Of a stretch of 64,000 bases of DNA, positions 50,381 to 64,000 are shown piece after piece. This DNA comes from Zancudomyces culisetae HAW-14-8. Its lineage: Eukaryota; Fungi; Kickxellomycota. Under the pieces are notes generated by a model. That model was not told where the DNA came from. It saw only the letters and a list, made by a program, of their open reading frames with translations, and searched no databases. A program made the position numbers and the translations under genes. The stretch spans positions 3,038,001 to 3,102,000 of the forward strand of contig JBNJNM010000021.1 of NCBI GenBank assembly GCA_052426225.1, given 5' to 3'. Numbering within the stretch: the first letter of the stretch is position 1; every line of letters starts with the position of its first letter.

Positions 50381-52459
50381 GTTTTTCCGCGTTCGTTAGC
50401 ACTTTTATCTGAAACTAGTAGTATCACGCTGTGCAATGATATTTTTTTAAAAAACTATAGTTTTAAAACTATAACCAAAAAGAACAGTATATTAAAATAA
50501 ATAGCCAAACGTAAACAAATCTACCCAATTTTGATGCAATTTGAAGTTATTCTTCAAACTTTGGTAATACCTATTGATTTAGGACAATAATATTGGCCGA
50601 TTTCCGCTAAATTATAAAAATACTAAAAAAAAAGTGTTGAATTTTTGAGTAATAGTAAATAATAGCAGACATCTTACTAGGGAGCAACGCAGCGTAATGG
50701 TTATCAATGGTATACTTGGAAATCGATGAGATCTAAGTGACAGCTCCTGAGGTTAGAGATATGTGATTCTATGTATATTTTAACCTGTGATGCTGGCTAC
50801 CTGCTCTTTCAGTATTTCATTTATCCACTCCAAAATAACCTCATTTAGTGTTAGAATCACTCATGTGTGCATTTGATGGCCTTTGTTTAATTTTTGTTGC
50901 TTGCTGAACGACCTTAGAAACGCATCATAAGCATTCCTACAAATAAACCCTTTTTTTGAGGCGGCACTGTTTATGAGTGGATGTACATCTGGTTTTGTGT
51001 CAGACCCAACCGAATTGAAATACCTGTAAACATGGGGTTTGAAGCAAAGTACAGGTAAACAGGTAATTATTTATGCCAGGGAGAAGATTTTTTAAAGTGA
51101 TCAAAACCGCTTAGGAAAAAATAAAAGCAAAGTGCCAATGCTATTTGCTCCTATTATTTTTTATTTTGTTTTGAGATCATTTAGCTAGATTAGAGAAGTC
51201 GTTATATTTGATTGGTTATCCATAAAGAAAACATGGACGAATATCAAAAGGGATGATACCCTGAAGAAGGGATGCAAATAGATGAGACATACTCGAAATC
51301 AAGTTCGAAAGTGGACTGGGGCTGGAAAGCAGGTTGGATTTGAATCAATAGGTGGTTTGGGCAGAGTTTTGCGGAAATTAGTGGGGGAAATTTTTTAATG
51401 TTGTTGAACTCTTGTCTTTCACATAATATCCTCCAGAGTTCAAGTATCGCTTTAATAGATGCATGGATTTGGGATAATATGAATTTTTTTCTCGTTCTAG
51501 GTTATTACCACTAGAAAAAGATTGCAAAACGAATAGCATTGTTTGGAAAAAACGTATAAGCTGTCTACATGAAATACCGTGTACACTTAGTACATAACCA
51601 GGCAAACATTGGGCATATAATATCAACGAACAGTACTTTGTATGTGCGATTAGCTATTTCTCTATATTTTCTTTAAAAAAAGAACTCATAAAAGGCTAAC
51701 TAACTACGCATTGGAACATTTTAGAAATGGTGCTTGAAACAATACTGAAAATGTAATTTTTACATCATAATTATCTTAATGCAACCCTTAATTTTAATTC
51801 AAACGCAAACGTAACACTATTTGTTTATTTTTCGCTTGTTCTTATTTTAAGAGCTCAAAATAATGTTAAACAAGCTACTTACAAACATTGATTATAAAAA
51901 CATGAAAGTTAATTCAACAATAAATTTTTTTTCCATAACAATTCTGGCAAATAGACTGGAACGGTTTTGTAAGATGAGAATTTTTCGTAAGCAAGATAGT
52001 CACCGATTTAAACTCAGAAATTTACTAACACCATAAACTAAACAAATAAACTTTTCCAAGCAATGAACTTAATTTTATAAACTTATCCAAATAGTTACAA
52101 ATGTGATAGTAGGCTGATCCCTAATAGGAAAATGATAAATTTATTCGTTACTAGAAAATTATGAAAATAAAACCGCCAAATACAAACCATCGAATACCAA
52201 ATACTAAACACCAAATAACAAAGCCTAGAGTTAAATACCGAGTGCTAATAGCCTCCTTCCAAAGTATAAATACGTTGAGAAATGAAAAGATAACGTGAAT
52301 ACTTTTTTGTTTTGTTAAATTTAAGCATTTAAAAAAATAATACTAAAATCTCCTGGTGGATTTAGCAGCTCAGACTATATCTCATTCTCCATTTGCTAAG
52401 AGCGAGTAAAGCTTAATGTTTATCTAAGAAAAAAAGACATACAGTACTTATTTCTCAAC

Positions 52460-53963
52460 ATGGGTCTTCTTGGGTCGATAGAGGTATTCGAAAAAGAGAA
52501 CAAAAATGCAAAAAGATCTCAATCAACTATTATGGAGGATTCGCCAGCGCATAAACGGACAAAGCCTACTCTAGATCTTGATGAAAAAAGCGCAGGCAGG
52601 GACCACTGTAAACTATTTGTGTCTAGTCTCAAGGAAATAGCTCCTAAAGGGTAACTGGCGATTTTTCACCACCAACTTCATAATCTGCTTTATGAAAATT
52701 GTCTTTTTTAAAATAAAATATAAATATGAATTCTAATCAATACTAGAATCGAGGAGAAAGCATATTGCCTCGTCCAAACTCCAAAGGTGGGAAGAAAAAA
52801 TCTGTATCCCTACACGCCTACTGGTGAGTGCAGTAGTATGTTGCTATCAGATACAAACGGTAAAGGTGACAGCGCAAAAGCTATCGAGTCACCATTTGAC
52901 TCTTTTTGGACCAAAGGCGAAAGTTCCTTAAAAAGTAGAGATAGTTTTGGTTCACCTCTCTTGCTAGCAAAACGGTTGGTCGAAAACAGGCGGAAACTAG
53001 ATTCCTGTAGTGAGGTACTTTATATCAATATTATTAAACATATTACATTTTCGTGCTTTTATACCACATATACTTTGAGAATAAGTTTTTATATTAATAA
53101 AAGCTGCTATTTATGCCATATTGTTACAGAAGTACAGCGATCCTTTCTTGAAAAGCAAAGACTCTCCGTGGAAAACTCAAGAACAAAGCAAAGACGATAA
53201 CATGTGTGTGAATATAAACAAATATGAAAATAATGAGCAAAGGAAAAGAAACAAGAGCAATAGTCTTATTCTTTTGAATACAGAAGCTAAAACTCGAGAT
53301 ATTTTCCAAACAGACATTCTGCAGCATAGTATTGACTATAAACTTCCTCATTATCAAATTTCTACTGATTCTATGAAGCGTATCAACAAAGACACAATGT
53401 CCCACTTATTATCCGGTCAATATGACGATTCCTACAGTAAATACATTATAGTGGACTGCAGATTTCCTTATGAATATAAAGGGGGGCATATCAAGGGTGC
53501 ATTAAATCTTCCCACCATTGAGGCACTCGAAAACTTTTTTTTCAAAGATCCTATACTTGATGATGGAATAGCTGTAATTCTACATTGCGAACATTCTGAA
53601 ATCAGGGCGCCCTCTCTAGCCTCGCACATTAGGAAAAGAGATAGAGAACTCAATATTGGTAACTACCCAAATCTGTATTACCCAGAACTTTATATATTGG
53701 AAGGCGGGTACAGCGGCTTTTATGGTAGCTTCAAAGAGCAATGTCAGCCCCAGAACTATGTACCAATGAGTGACCACAAACATTTGGCTGCCTGTAAACT
53801 ACACATTAATGGATTTGAGCGTCAATTTAAACGATCAAAATCCACCTACAACTCCAACCTGAGCAGTGCGCTGACAAGCCCTGTGTTGGGTGCGTCTAAA
53901 CTTACAAGATCTAAGAGTATTATGCCAAGTGATCTTTTTAATGCCCTGTTACCCAGACGGTAG
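52460..53963 (+). CDS. cdc25: Cdc25/Mih1 M-phase inducer phosphatase (3 exons)
   Basis: IVDCRFPYEYKGGHIKGA, HCEHSEIRAP catalytic loop, R..DR..N...YP.L.YPELYILEGGY..F, C.PQNYVPM. Confidence 0.92.
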
Positions 53964-54479
53964 CGAGCACGACATAGACCCATTCAGATTGTTTTAAGGC
54001 AAAAGATTATGTGCATACACTTTGCATCCCTTCTTTTTTATGTAGCTTTACGTTTTTTTAGAGCATGTTATGTTATGAGGTCCTGTCATTATAGATCCAA
54101 CATTTGGGAATACTGTACTGTACTATATTTAAAATATAAAATGATACCACCAACTCTTCCAACCAAAACAAGTTGTATTCTTCTCTCCATTTATCTCCCC
54201 TTATTATCCTTTTCTGTGTCTATTTCCAGGTGGGAGCGGATAGAATTCCGTAAAAAAAACTTTGTACCACTTATTAAAGTTTACCGCAAGCAAATGAAGC
54301 CAAAATAATTTAGTCAAAAGCTAGGTTTACAATTCAGCACTATTGGCAACGGGTTAGGGGGTGGGATGTACTTAACAACCTGTGTAGCTTTGAATATATA
54401 TATTTATGACTAGTGAACACAGAAACAAACAGGGTAGTAAAACAAAGACAAACCAAAAAACAGCTACATTGAGAGGCTA

Positions 54480-55505
54480 TTATACTTTTGCTGGTTCTTC
54501 GGCCTTTGGTGGCTCTTCAACCTTAGCTGGTTCTTCAACCTTTGCCGGTTCCTCTACCTTTGTTGGTTCCTCTACCTTTACTGGTTCTTCTACCTTTACT
54601 GGTTCTTCAACCTTAGCTGGTTCTTCAACCTTTACTGGTTCTTCTACCTTTGCTGGTTCTTCTACTTTTACTGGCTCTTCAGCGTTCACTGGTTCTTCAA
54701 CCTTTGACGTTTCCTCGGCCTTTACTGCCCCTTCAGCGTTCACTGGTTCTTCTGCCTTTGCTGGTTCTTCAACCTGATCCTTGGTCTCTTGAACCATTTC
54801 ACATCCAAGAAGCTCAACAATACGCTTTTCCATCTTTGCTGGGTCAGTAATTGAGCTACATCTTTCAACTACATTTCCTTCCTTGTCTACCAGGAATTTC
54901 TCGAAATTCCATTTTATCCTCTTCATTCCTAAGAATCCAGTCTTTTGCGACTTCAAGTAGGTATAAACCGGATTCTCATTCTTACCATTTACATCGCTAT
55001 TTTGGTATTGATATATACAAATCTGTCAAAAAAAAACGTATAAGAGGAAGGGATAAAGGAGGTATACGATCAAAGATTAAGTGTAATATCAACGAGTCTC
55101 CTCATAATCCTTACCTTTTTTCCATAACAGGAAAAGTGACTCCATAGTTTTTCGAGCAAAAAGTGTATATATCTAAGTGGTAAATCATTTAAATAGGTAA
55201 ACATATGCAATAAAATACAATATATGTGCTTTAGATAACATAGTATTTATTATAATGCTATTCAAACCTTCGCTAGAGCCAGGCTCTTGTGATAAAAACT
55301 GATTGCTTGGAAAGCCAATAATCTCCAGACCCTTGGAGTTGTATTTCTGGTAGAGCTGCTCCAACGACTTGTATTGCGGTGTAAATCCACACTTGGATGC
55401 CACATTCACAATAAGCACAACCTTTCCTTTAAGTTGTGAAAACGGGAAGTCCTGACTCTTCAAGTCCTTGGAAACAAATGAATAGAACTGTGATTCAGCG
55501 CTCAT
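54480..55505 (-). CDS. GPX: Cys-type glutathione/thioredoxin peroxidase with repetitive C-terminal tail (3 exons)
   Basis: [43 protein letters not shown]. Confidence 0.95.
54483..54773 (-). repeat. 18-bp coding tandem repeat, 16 copies, encoding (V/A)EEP(A/V)K
   Basis: 291 nt = 16 x 18 + 3; visible as GGTTCTTC units on the plus strand. Confidence 0.95.
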
Positions 55506-57135
55506 GATTGCTTGTGTTATTACTTTGAATTAAGTTTTACTATCAGTGGTGTATACTACTTTTAAAGTTTTTTAAAAAATCAAACTTAAGCAGAAAAAAT
55601 ATAAAGTGAAGTTTGTAATATGAACTGTAAGGTTGTTTACATTAAATTGAAATATGTGGTATATATTATTCTTTTTGTTCTCGCAAAAAAAAAATTTTAA
55701 TTTTTTTTAATTGAGCAAAAAATCACATTGAAAAACTAAAAATATTCAGCACAATTAATTACTTTCTTTTCATTTAGACGGAGAATAAACTAATTAAGAA
55801 CAATGCAAATAAATACGCATGAAAATCAATTATCTTATGTATAAGAATTGGGTTCGTTCCAATGGAAAATAGCGTCGTCATATACTTACAGTACAAGTGC
55901 TAATTTGGGCTTCCTGCTGGGAGGTACGGCAAATAAAAAATACACGTAAACATCTGCGGTTTGATTCGACAATATGGGATTCTTTGTTTATGTTAATAAA
56001 CAGTTTAAGTTTGCTGTTGGCTATTTGAGCGGTTTGTTAGGTATTGTTCATTTTTATCGCATTACATAAAAAACCTCTAGTTTATTTCATTCGCAACAAT
56101 TCCCCGGGCAAAAACAACATTTACTACATATTCAATTTGCATTATCTAAGAATTAACAAGCTCTGGTGTTATACGAGGTTCTTTTTTTCTGCTTTTTTTC
56201 CTGATTCATACTGAATTATATAAATCCATACTATATTTAAACATAAATGCAGTGAATCTATAAAAGTAATATATCGGATGTATTTATAAATAATTAACAT
56301 AACGTGTGATATAGCATATGATTAAAATCGTAACGCAATAAAGAATCAGGAAAATATCACATCAGCTGTTCAAAAGCAAATAAATTTTAGAAATTCTATA
56401 AACGTGAATTTTGCTAATCACAATCAAATATATATCGAATTGTCAATCGAATTCCTGTTAAAAGTTATCAAAAAGCCATTTAAATAAAAGGAGTGGATGG
56501 TAAATGGCGTAAAAAGTTGTAGTGTTCTTATGTTCAAGAATACTTGTGCAGATTTTTAAATGTATTTACTGACAGCAGGCAACAAATCCGATATCCATTA
56601 GCTTGTTATTAAAGGAGTGCATCCTTTTTTTGTCGGATTTTATATCAGCTGATCCATTTAATTGCATAATAGCTTCAATTCCTCAAGAATAGTGCACCCA
56701 CACTTACAATCACACCCATCTCTTATGCCCTATTTTCCAATATAAGAGGCTAATTTATTACACATGGTCGCAGTAGAATCTGCTATTGCACCAATTTAGA
56801 AGAGGGAAACAGTGTGATTAACTGTTTAATCTACTATTGGATTTTGTTACACTATATTTTCATATGCTTTTAATATAAAAAAATGATAATTATCAAAACA
56901 TAAAAGAAATCCGATGGTTGAAATAAAAATAAAAATAAAAATCTTTTAAAAAACTGCCAAGTAAGCACAATATCACAGTCAATACTTCAAAATGAGTACA
57001 TTGTAAAGGTTTGTTCATATAGAGAGGTTTAAGGGAAAACATCAATTTGATTGCTAACGTAACAAGACCACTGAGAAATATCTGTACACAACTGCCGAAG
57101 AAAACGCACTGGTACTGCATCTTCGATGAAAAACT

Positions 57136-57672
57136 TTACCATAACTGGACCGCGAGGAATGTTGTGAAGAAGAGTAGTACATACACCCTAAATAAATCAG
57201 GATAGGTTTGGATAGACCTATTGGCAACAGTTACTACGACCTGATTTGTTGTTACATTTGTTAGAGTGCCATTTAAATTTGTGTTACTACATGAGGGAAG
57301 ATTGTTGCCGTAGTAGACACAGTACTGTCCGGCGGCACAGTTTGTTATGGTCGACACGCCATTTCTACATGTAAATACAGAGCTGATGCTATTACAGTAG
57401 TCGTATCTACTGCAACCTGGTGATAGCTGGGGTTGGTTTGTTGTTTGTGCACCGTTTGACACATGGTTGTTATCTGATCTTGCCTCACAAGCAACTCTTC
57501 TACGGCGTGAACTACAATATAGCCCTTGTGGACATTGGATTGTCGCAAATGCCCCGTTTTGGCAGACCGCCATTGATGTATCACTGACACAATAATCAGG
57601 TGAGCTACATCCTTGGGAAAAGACTGCGGAAACAAGGAGCGTACATGCTGCTATTAGTCTATACATTATCAT
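57136..57672 (-). CDS. Secreted/GPI-anchored protein with two 6-Cys CBM19-like domains
   Basis: Signal peptide; two C-x5-C-x8-C-x-NG-x6-C-x2-G-x-YC-x8/9-C modules; Thr/Asn-rich stalk; hydrophobic C-terminus. Confidence 0.75.
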   Translation of the reverse strand: MIMYRLIAACTLLVSAVFSQGCSSPDYCVSDTSMAVCQNGAFATIQCPQGLYCSSRRRRVACEARSDNNHVSNGAQTTNQPQLSPGCSRYDYCNSISSVFTCRNGVSTITNCAAGQYCVYYGNNLPSCSNTNLNGTLTNVTTNQVVVTVANRSIQTYPDLFRVYVLLFFTTFLAVQLW

Positions 57673-59079
57673 TTTTTTATATTGGGGTTAATCGTTAGTA
57701 AAAGAGTCAAAAGGGAAAGTTGGGTATTGATTTTTTGGGATAAGCTCTGAACCACCTGATGGCTAGTAGAGGAGTGTGGTTTCTGCGAGGGTTATTATTG
57801 CTAGTTTTGTAATTTAAAACGTTTCCATCACAAAGAAGTTGGTATTTTCAAAGCATTTATACCATTTCGTATACGAAGAATTTAATAGTTTTTTACTCTA
57901 CAAGTTTCCGCAGACTTTTTGAAAAGAGTATATTCCACTAAGCTTAAATAATAACAGTAACAACTCCGAAACACCACCATTGACCACAATAAATGTGGCT
58001 TTTTTGCAAGCCTTATTCATATGTTACTTATTGTTATCAAAGAGCTCAATATTTCAGATATTATTTTTTTGTAACTATTTGTATGAATACTTGTTGTTAA
58101 AGTTGTCATGCTATACACAAATAGGTTCAACTAACTAGTGAGTGGTATTTTATGTTTGAGTTCTGCATAAGCCTTTAGGTGTTAATTGTTTACAGATTGA
58201 AAAAGAATTGAATAAACGAAATTAATGGCAGTAAATATGTCCAAATGAGATAGATTCGTATATGTATTTGTGGGCATTGAGCTTTTGTTATGTTTTTTAG
58301 GGATTTCATTACAACCAAATAATTATTTGCAAAAAAAAGAAATGAAAAAGCGGAAATCCTCAAGAAATATCATTGTTTTTGTTTTTGCTTTCGTTTAACT
58401 ACGCTCAGTTTATTCTTTAGCTACAGGCTGAATATTCACTATCCACCCATTGTTTTCGTAGATTTATAAATGTGTAAATCATTATTTGGTTGTATATCAA
58501 TTGTCTAGATATGTCATTCAAAATTGTTTAAGGGTACTATTGAGGCTATGCACTAATAAAAAAAACACCTTTTCCTCCTCCAGACAAGCCACATGATAAA
58601 GATGAATGTAAATGTCGCCGATTATCTGAAAGAAAAAGCTTGGTAATATACCAACATAGTTACTTCAGCTTTGAAATGATGAATCCAGCTCTAAGTTTGT
58701 TATGGGTTCGGTCATTGTAAAATAAACGCTGAGTCATCTATGCGTTGTACTAAACATCTCACCCAAAAAAAGTAGAATGGTTCATGGAAACAACTCGATT
58801 TTATTATACACGGAAAGTAATGAAAAAAGAATAAAAAAGAGGCGAAATAAAGGTGAAAAAAGAGAACGGGATAGTTTCACAGCTATATTCTAAGTCTAAT
58901 CGGCTCTATGAAGTGTGAAGTGCATTCGTTGCAAGACCCTTGTATCTTATATGGAGGTCATACAATAAAAGTTAGATCCATATGCGTGCCGTCACCATTC
59001 ACAAAAAAAGTTTGTGTGAAAAAAAAATCAAAAAGGAGATAAAAGAAACAAATGTATTCAAGATAGTTTTAATACAATA

Positions 59080-59738
59080 CTAGTCAGTACTGGCACATCC
59101 TCGGCATCCGCAGTGTACACATTCTACAACTCTTCCCTCTTCTAATTTATTCTTTGGTACTCTGCATATGCAGGTTGTGCCAAAGTTTGTATCTCGCGGC
59201 TGAATGCATCGTAAGCAACACAGCTTTTCAAAACCGGGCTATTTGAATACATTAACATATGTTATTAAAGGCTAAATATGAGTCGCTAGAAGATAAATGG
59301 ACTATTTAAATGATAATAAAACCATCAGGATCTGCAAAAGCCAAAATTAGCATACCTTTTTCCATTTTGCAATCAGTCCTGCATCTGCAAACTTCTTCTT
59401 CACACAATAATCAAAGAGAGCCTTTGTTATTGCCTCGCGCTTATAATACAAGTCGTAAATGTACCTGGATCTTTGGTGATGAATTCTCATGATTGGCCAC
59501 ACTGATTCAACCCTCCGTTTGCCCTCATGTGGCTGATTTTCGGCTATATTGTGTGTAATTCAAGCTATATTAGTTCTCTGGCTAATCCCCATCTAACACA
59601 ACGCCATACTACTTCTATATAAAAAACAAACTAGAATTTACCTTCTCTCATTTTTTTATCGAATTCACGCAATGTGGGTTCTATTTGTTCCCAACCTTCA
59701 GGGGGGCTTCTTGCTCTTACAGTTTTCACCTTTGGCAT
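59080..59738 (-). CDS. BUD31: Bud31/G10 spliceosomal protein, 3 exons (59738-59642, 59543-59356, 59238-59080); absent from the ORF track
   Basis: Manual splice gives MPKVKT...[12 protein letters not shown]...[24 protein letters not shown]...[20 protein letters not shown]...CICRVP...[14 protein letters not shown]. Confidence 0.95.
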
Positions 59739-60620
59739 GTTTTAATGTCTTTTTTCGCTATATTTTACACTGCTAATCTAAATTGGTTCGGCTTTTAGGC
59801 TTTTTTTTATATTGTAAAAAATAATTTTTATATATTTCAAATTTCAAAGTAAGCTGGTGAAAAAATAATTTATTATAGGTAAAGGTAGAAAAAAAATTGC
59901 GAGTGACGATGTAATGGTACAAGTCTAAAAAAAGTAATAATACTATAAAATATAGCCATTAGGTCATGTCTGTCATGGAAAAACTAAAAATATTTATCAT
60001 GATAGTTGATAGAACAAAGCACACCAGTACAAATACAAAAATGGTTTAAACTGGGTGTATATACTAACATTCACTTGTCAATTTTTCTAATTTTTTATCT
60101 TTTTCTCACCCCCCTCACAACTGAGCATGACTTGGAGGTTTGGTTGGTTATAACAATTATATTTAGTACATTGAGCTCGTTGCCATTTAATTAAATGTAT
60201 TTTTAGGATACATTTCAAAAATGCATCTATAGAAATACTCTTGTTAATAATGAGCCCGCTAAACTAGTTTACAGGTGTGTTATTGAGTGATCGTTAATGT
60301 CATAATCAATCGGCTTCGATCACTGATTATACCGATCTGAAGTCGATTTTCGCTGTATTAATATTACTATAACTCCTTATAATCGGAGAAGAAAAGATAA
60401 AAGTATGATGCTGAACCCATCAGACTAAAAAATTAAAAAAAGAGATATAATCCGTACTTAGTTATTTTATCAATAGCATCGGTATTAATTGCTTACTGAA
60501 TTAAGGCTGATTATAATTTTTGATAATTACAATCATTCACAAGGTAATAGGTGCATTTTATTACAAGATGGAAGAATTACACAGGTGATATATTAGCGTA
60601 CAGCGCCAAAAAAAATACAG

Positions 60621-61974
60621 CTAACGTCTCCAGGTAATGCGGACATGGTCAGTTCGGTACCTTTGAGTAATCCAACTATCTTTGATCTCTGTCACAGAGC
60701 CGTTAGCATATGCCAAGGCGCCGGCATGAGCAATCATTATCCCGTTATCTATGCAAAATCGCTCGTCTGTGGCAAACAGCTTACCACCTCGCTCGCTTGC
60801 CATAGTTCCCATCATCTCATGTAGTCGTAAATTACATCCAACTCCACCAACAACCAATACTTCGTTGCTACCAACATGTGCCATTGCTCGCTCTGTTATC
60901 TCAACTAACATTGCAAACAGTGTTTCCTGTAAAGAAAAACATAGATCTTCTGCGCTATACTTTCCTTCTTTAAATAACTTTTCCACTGTTGTTAGAATAC
61001 CCGAAAATGATACATCCATTCCCTTGACTGTATAAGGAAGTTCTGCCAGCTTGGAACCCAGCTTTGCACATTGCTCGATATTGTAGCCTGGGCTTGGGTC
61101 GTTACTAAGCATAATTATTCTTGCAAACCTGTCCAGACAATTTCCTATCGCTATATCCAACGTCTCACCAAAAATCCTATACCTGTGAATATATTAATTT
61201 TAAACGAAATGACGCGTGTGGTTCATTAATGCTAACAATCTTATGTCGTAGCTATGTTCACAAAACTTACTTCTTCTCTGAATAAGCAATCACCTGAGTA
61301 TTTCCACCACTTACATATAAAACAACAGGATTATTTGCCCCTGTTATTGCTCTACCCATCTCTATATCTATATATATTATTTCATTGTGAACACCAAAAG
61401 TTTTGCCAAGAACAACAGAAAAAATAAAAATAGATATCGACAAATACACTTACGTCCTATACAGTGATTAACCGCTACCAAAGGAACTTTCCAAAGTTGC
61501 GCGAGAGTTCGGGCTACCACAGCCACACTGACTAATGGAGCTGCCATTCCTGGTCCTATTGATATGTGGCTACTATAAATAACATTGCTTATCCTTTTCA
61601 CTCCTTCCACCCCCATTGAGTTTTTGATAGAAGATACAGTATTTTTAGAATCACTTATATCAAATCTACAAACCTTTGGTGTAACAGACAGCGTTAATAT
61701 CAGCGGCGGTTAGTTTAGCTTCCTCAATCGCCATCGTTGTCAATCTTACTATCCAATTTCGATGGTGAGCAGCTGTGTCTTTTGGTAAAAACCCCTGACC
61801 AGCCGGTGGATTATAAGTGTCTCTAACGTTGGAAAGAACAATCACTTCATTTGGGCTAACTTCGTTTTCCTTAGTAATATCGAAATCTTGTTTTTCTGCA
61901 TATCGGTGCTCCACTATCCCCACACCAAGCTTATTTGCAGATCCTTCGAACCCTATTGTGATTATCTTTTTCAT
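60621..61974 (-). CDS. KAE1: tRNA N6-threonylcarbamoyltransferase Kae1/OSGEP (4 exons)
   Basis: [70 protein letters not shown]. Confidence 0.96.
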
Positions 61975-63593
61975 TTTTCTTTTCTGACACCTTTTGGGAT
62001 AGTTGTAAATAAGCCTAATCAATTTCCTGGCTCTTTGGTAGCTTGTTATTTTATTTTTTTTAAGGATATGAGCACAAGAAATGTACGTTACATGCTTAAT
62101 CAACTTCAAATTGGCGTTCTTCGTTAATCCGCTTCTCATTGGGCTAACACCATTCTCCAACAATTAATAACCAAAAATCCTTATGAACAGAAAAAAATTT
62201 TTTTTTGCAATTGATCTTATAGATGATATACTACCACTAGCCGGCCAACACAAAACTAAAGAATGAAGTTGCTGTTTTAGTCTATACATGAATGTATTTT
62301 TAGAGGGGTTACCAGAAAATCGAGTTCTATCTGAGTTAATTGTAATCATATCCTCAGTATCATACCAACTAACTTTACGTGTTGCTGCACTGTATTTACA
62401 TTAAAAAAAATAGCGTTTTGGTTATATAAACAGGGTAATCTGGCTATAAAAAAAAAGACTGAGAGGGGGGGGGGGATAAAAAGCGAGACAATTACGTATA
62501 TGATCCCTTCTCATAATACTATTTATAGATTAGCATATGTAATGCGGGTGCCATGCGTCAACCCATTGTATGAATATAAAGGGAGCCTGGCTACAATATC
62601 TTCTTTTACGTGTATATTAGTTACACACCAGCAACAATAAATACACTCCACCAAAACATTGTATGTAACACATAAGCGAACAACAAATATAGCTACAAAC
62701 ATTGATAAGTGGTCTGTGTTGATCCTTCCTTCTCCTTCCCCTCTACCTCTAGTTCTCTGTTAAAAAGAAGAATCCATATCGTTGGATATATATTTGTCGT
62801 GGACAAGCTCTCGAACATTTAACAAGCATCAGAACTTTGAACCATTGCTTTTTGACATATGTATCTCAAATGCCTGTCACAAAAAATTAGGGTTATGGAA
62901 GAGTATGTGCTTTTCGGGCTCATGGTTTTCTGACCCAGAAATATGGCGGGAGCCATAATAAAAAATACCGTTAAACAATTGGTGGAGCCTGGTTGTAATT
63001 TTGTTTGGTAGTGACGAATGAAGCAGCGAAGAAATAAAAAAGTTTGGTATGATGCCCAATCAAATAAAAAACTGAGTTAAAGTAGCATTATGCATTACCT
63101 AAAGCAAAATCTGTTTAAAGCTCAACTACTAATTCCTTAGGAGGGTGTCGGTTTTGACTAGAGATGAGTTATTTCTCTGAATTTGGAAGCGGCAGCTGCA
63201 TTGGGTTTTGTTTAAACTTTCATTTTTGGTTTGTATTATGCGTTTACACTTAATTTTTACTTTTTTATATTATTATTTAAGTTTCAGTTTTAGTTTTATC
63301 CTCTTGCAAACGGAAACTTTATTTGTAAGATGTAAACAAAGGATGCAAGAGATTTATCTACATAGTATTCCTTTGGGCCTTGAGAGCCGATAAAAAAATT
63401 TTTTTTTGTCTATAAATGAGCGTATTGTTTTAAATTTTTGCATTTCAATTTGGTTGTTATTTTTCATGCTGTTAATTTTTTAAATGATAATTCTAAAAAG
63501 CTCACCAAAAAACAATTAGTGAATAAATATTAGGTATTAAATATTAAATATTAAATGTAAAAATTAAATAATCGAAAATAGCAAGTAGAAATT

Positions 63594-63635
63594 AGAAAAT
63601 AGAAAATAGAAAATAGAAAATAGAAAATAGAAAAA
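63594..63635. repeat. (AGAAAAT)n heptamer microsatellite, ~6 copies
   Basis: Seen directly. Confidence 0.7.
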
Positions 63636-63971
63636 AAGTAAACCTGTGCACAATTCAATTTTCAAGCCTGAAATTTTGTTTAATTCTTGGGTCGATATTA
63701 TTTTAAAGGTTTTTTTTATTACACATTTATATGGCACACTTCAATATAATAAATATATAGGCCAGATTAACTATAAACGAATTGAGATTTTAGGTAAGAG
63801 GAAATTCCAGAGACATTTATTTATAATTAGTATCTAGGTGACTGTTCTAAAAATTAATTAAGGAATGAAAATTTGGAGTCACAATTGGAACGACTACATT
63901 AAAAACCATCTACTATTAAAAAACTATTTTAGACTAAGAATAAAAAGAACGAGGATAATCGGAAATTAGAT

Positions 63972-64000
63972 ATGCAGGCAATAAAGTGTGTAGTTGTAGG
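63972..64000 (+). CDS. RAC1: Start of a Rac1-type Rho GTPase (truncated by window end)
   Basis: ATG at 63972 reads MQAIKCVVVG, the invariant Rac N-terminus. Confidence 0.8.

Noticed and set aside
51233-51514. Plus-strand frame with two in-frame TGA codons (possible selenoprotein)
   Set aside because: No CxxU/UxxC or known selenoprotein context and no SECIS recognised.
54406-54777. Plus-strand GSSTF-repeat ORF
   Set aside because: Antisense shadow of the GPx 18-bp repeat. The many other short track ORFs overlapping real genes are treated likewise.
55389-55391. Selenocysteine in GPx
   Set aside because: The active-site codon is TGT (Cys).

Overview
AT-rich, intron-containing eukaryotic DNA from a fungus. 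An early-diverging lineage such as Zoopagomycota/Harpellales is my inference and is not provable from this window. The first ~9.7 kb is a gene-poor, transposon-rich block. It holds the decayed 3' end of a Tc1/mariner transposon, a 25-bp minisatellite, a complete and apparently very young 5.6-kb Ty3/gypsy chromovirus (1389-6994, minus strand) and a beta/gamma-crystallin-like pseudogene. The chromovirus has identical 121-bp LTRs, a TCACA target-site duplication, a Tf1-type self-priming PBS and a -1 gag-pol frameshift. The rest of the window is about 23 mostly housekeeping genes: glucosylceramide synthase, CAF-1 p150, an acyl-CoA-synthetase-like protein, a P450, RPE1, MIC19, SPE3, a GABA-transaminase-like protein, bacterial-type PARG, CLPTM1, two Cys-rich secreted proteins, Tea4/Bud14, SOD2, Ecm33-like, NIT3, BET3, RFC3, Cdc25, GPx, BUD31, KAE1 and the start of RAC1. 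The most striking observation lies between pol and the PPT. There the retrotransposon carries an antisense, tRNA-promoter-driven cassette (TATA, A box, B box, T6 terminator) for a ~260-nt structured RNA. That RNA has a long 5'/3' terminal stem and two repeated CGAUAAC + C(UUCG)G hairpin modules, so it is a candidate retrotransposon-encoded Pol III non-coding RNA reminiscent of viral VA/EBER RNAs. Two probable pseudoenzymes (GABA-T lacking the PLP lysine, an acyl-CoA synthetase lacking its ATP motifs) and a GPx with a 16x hexapeptide tail also merit attention.
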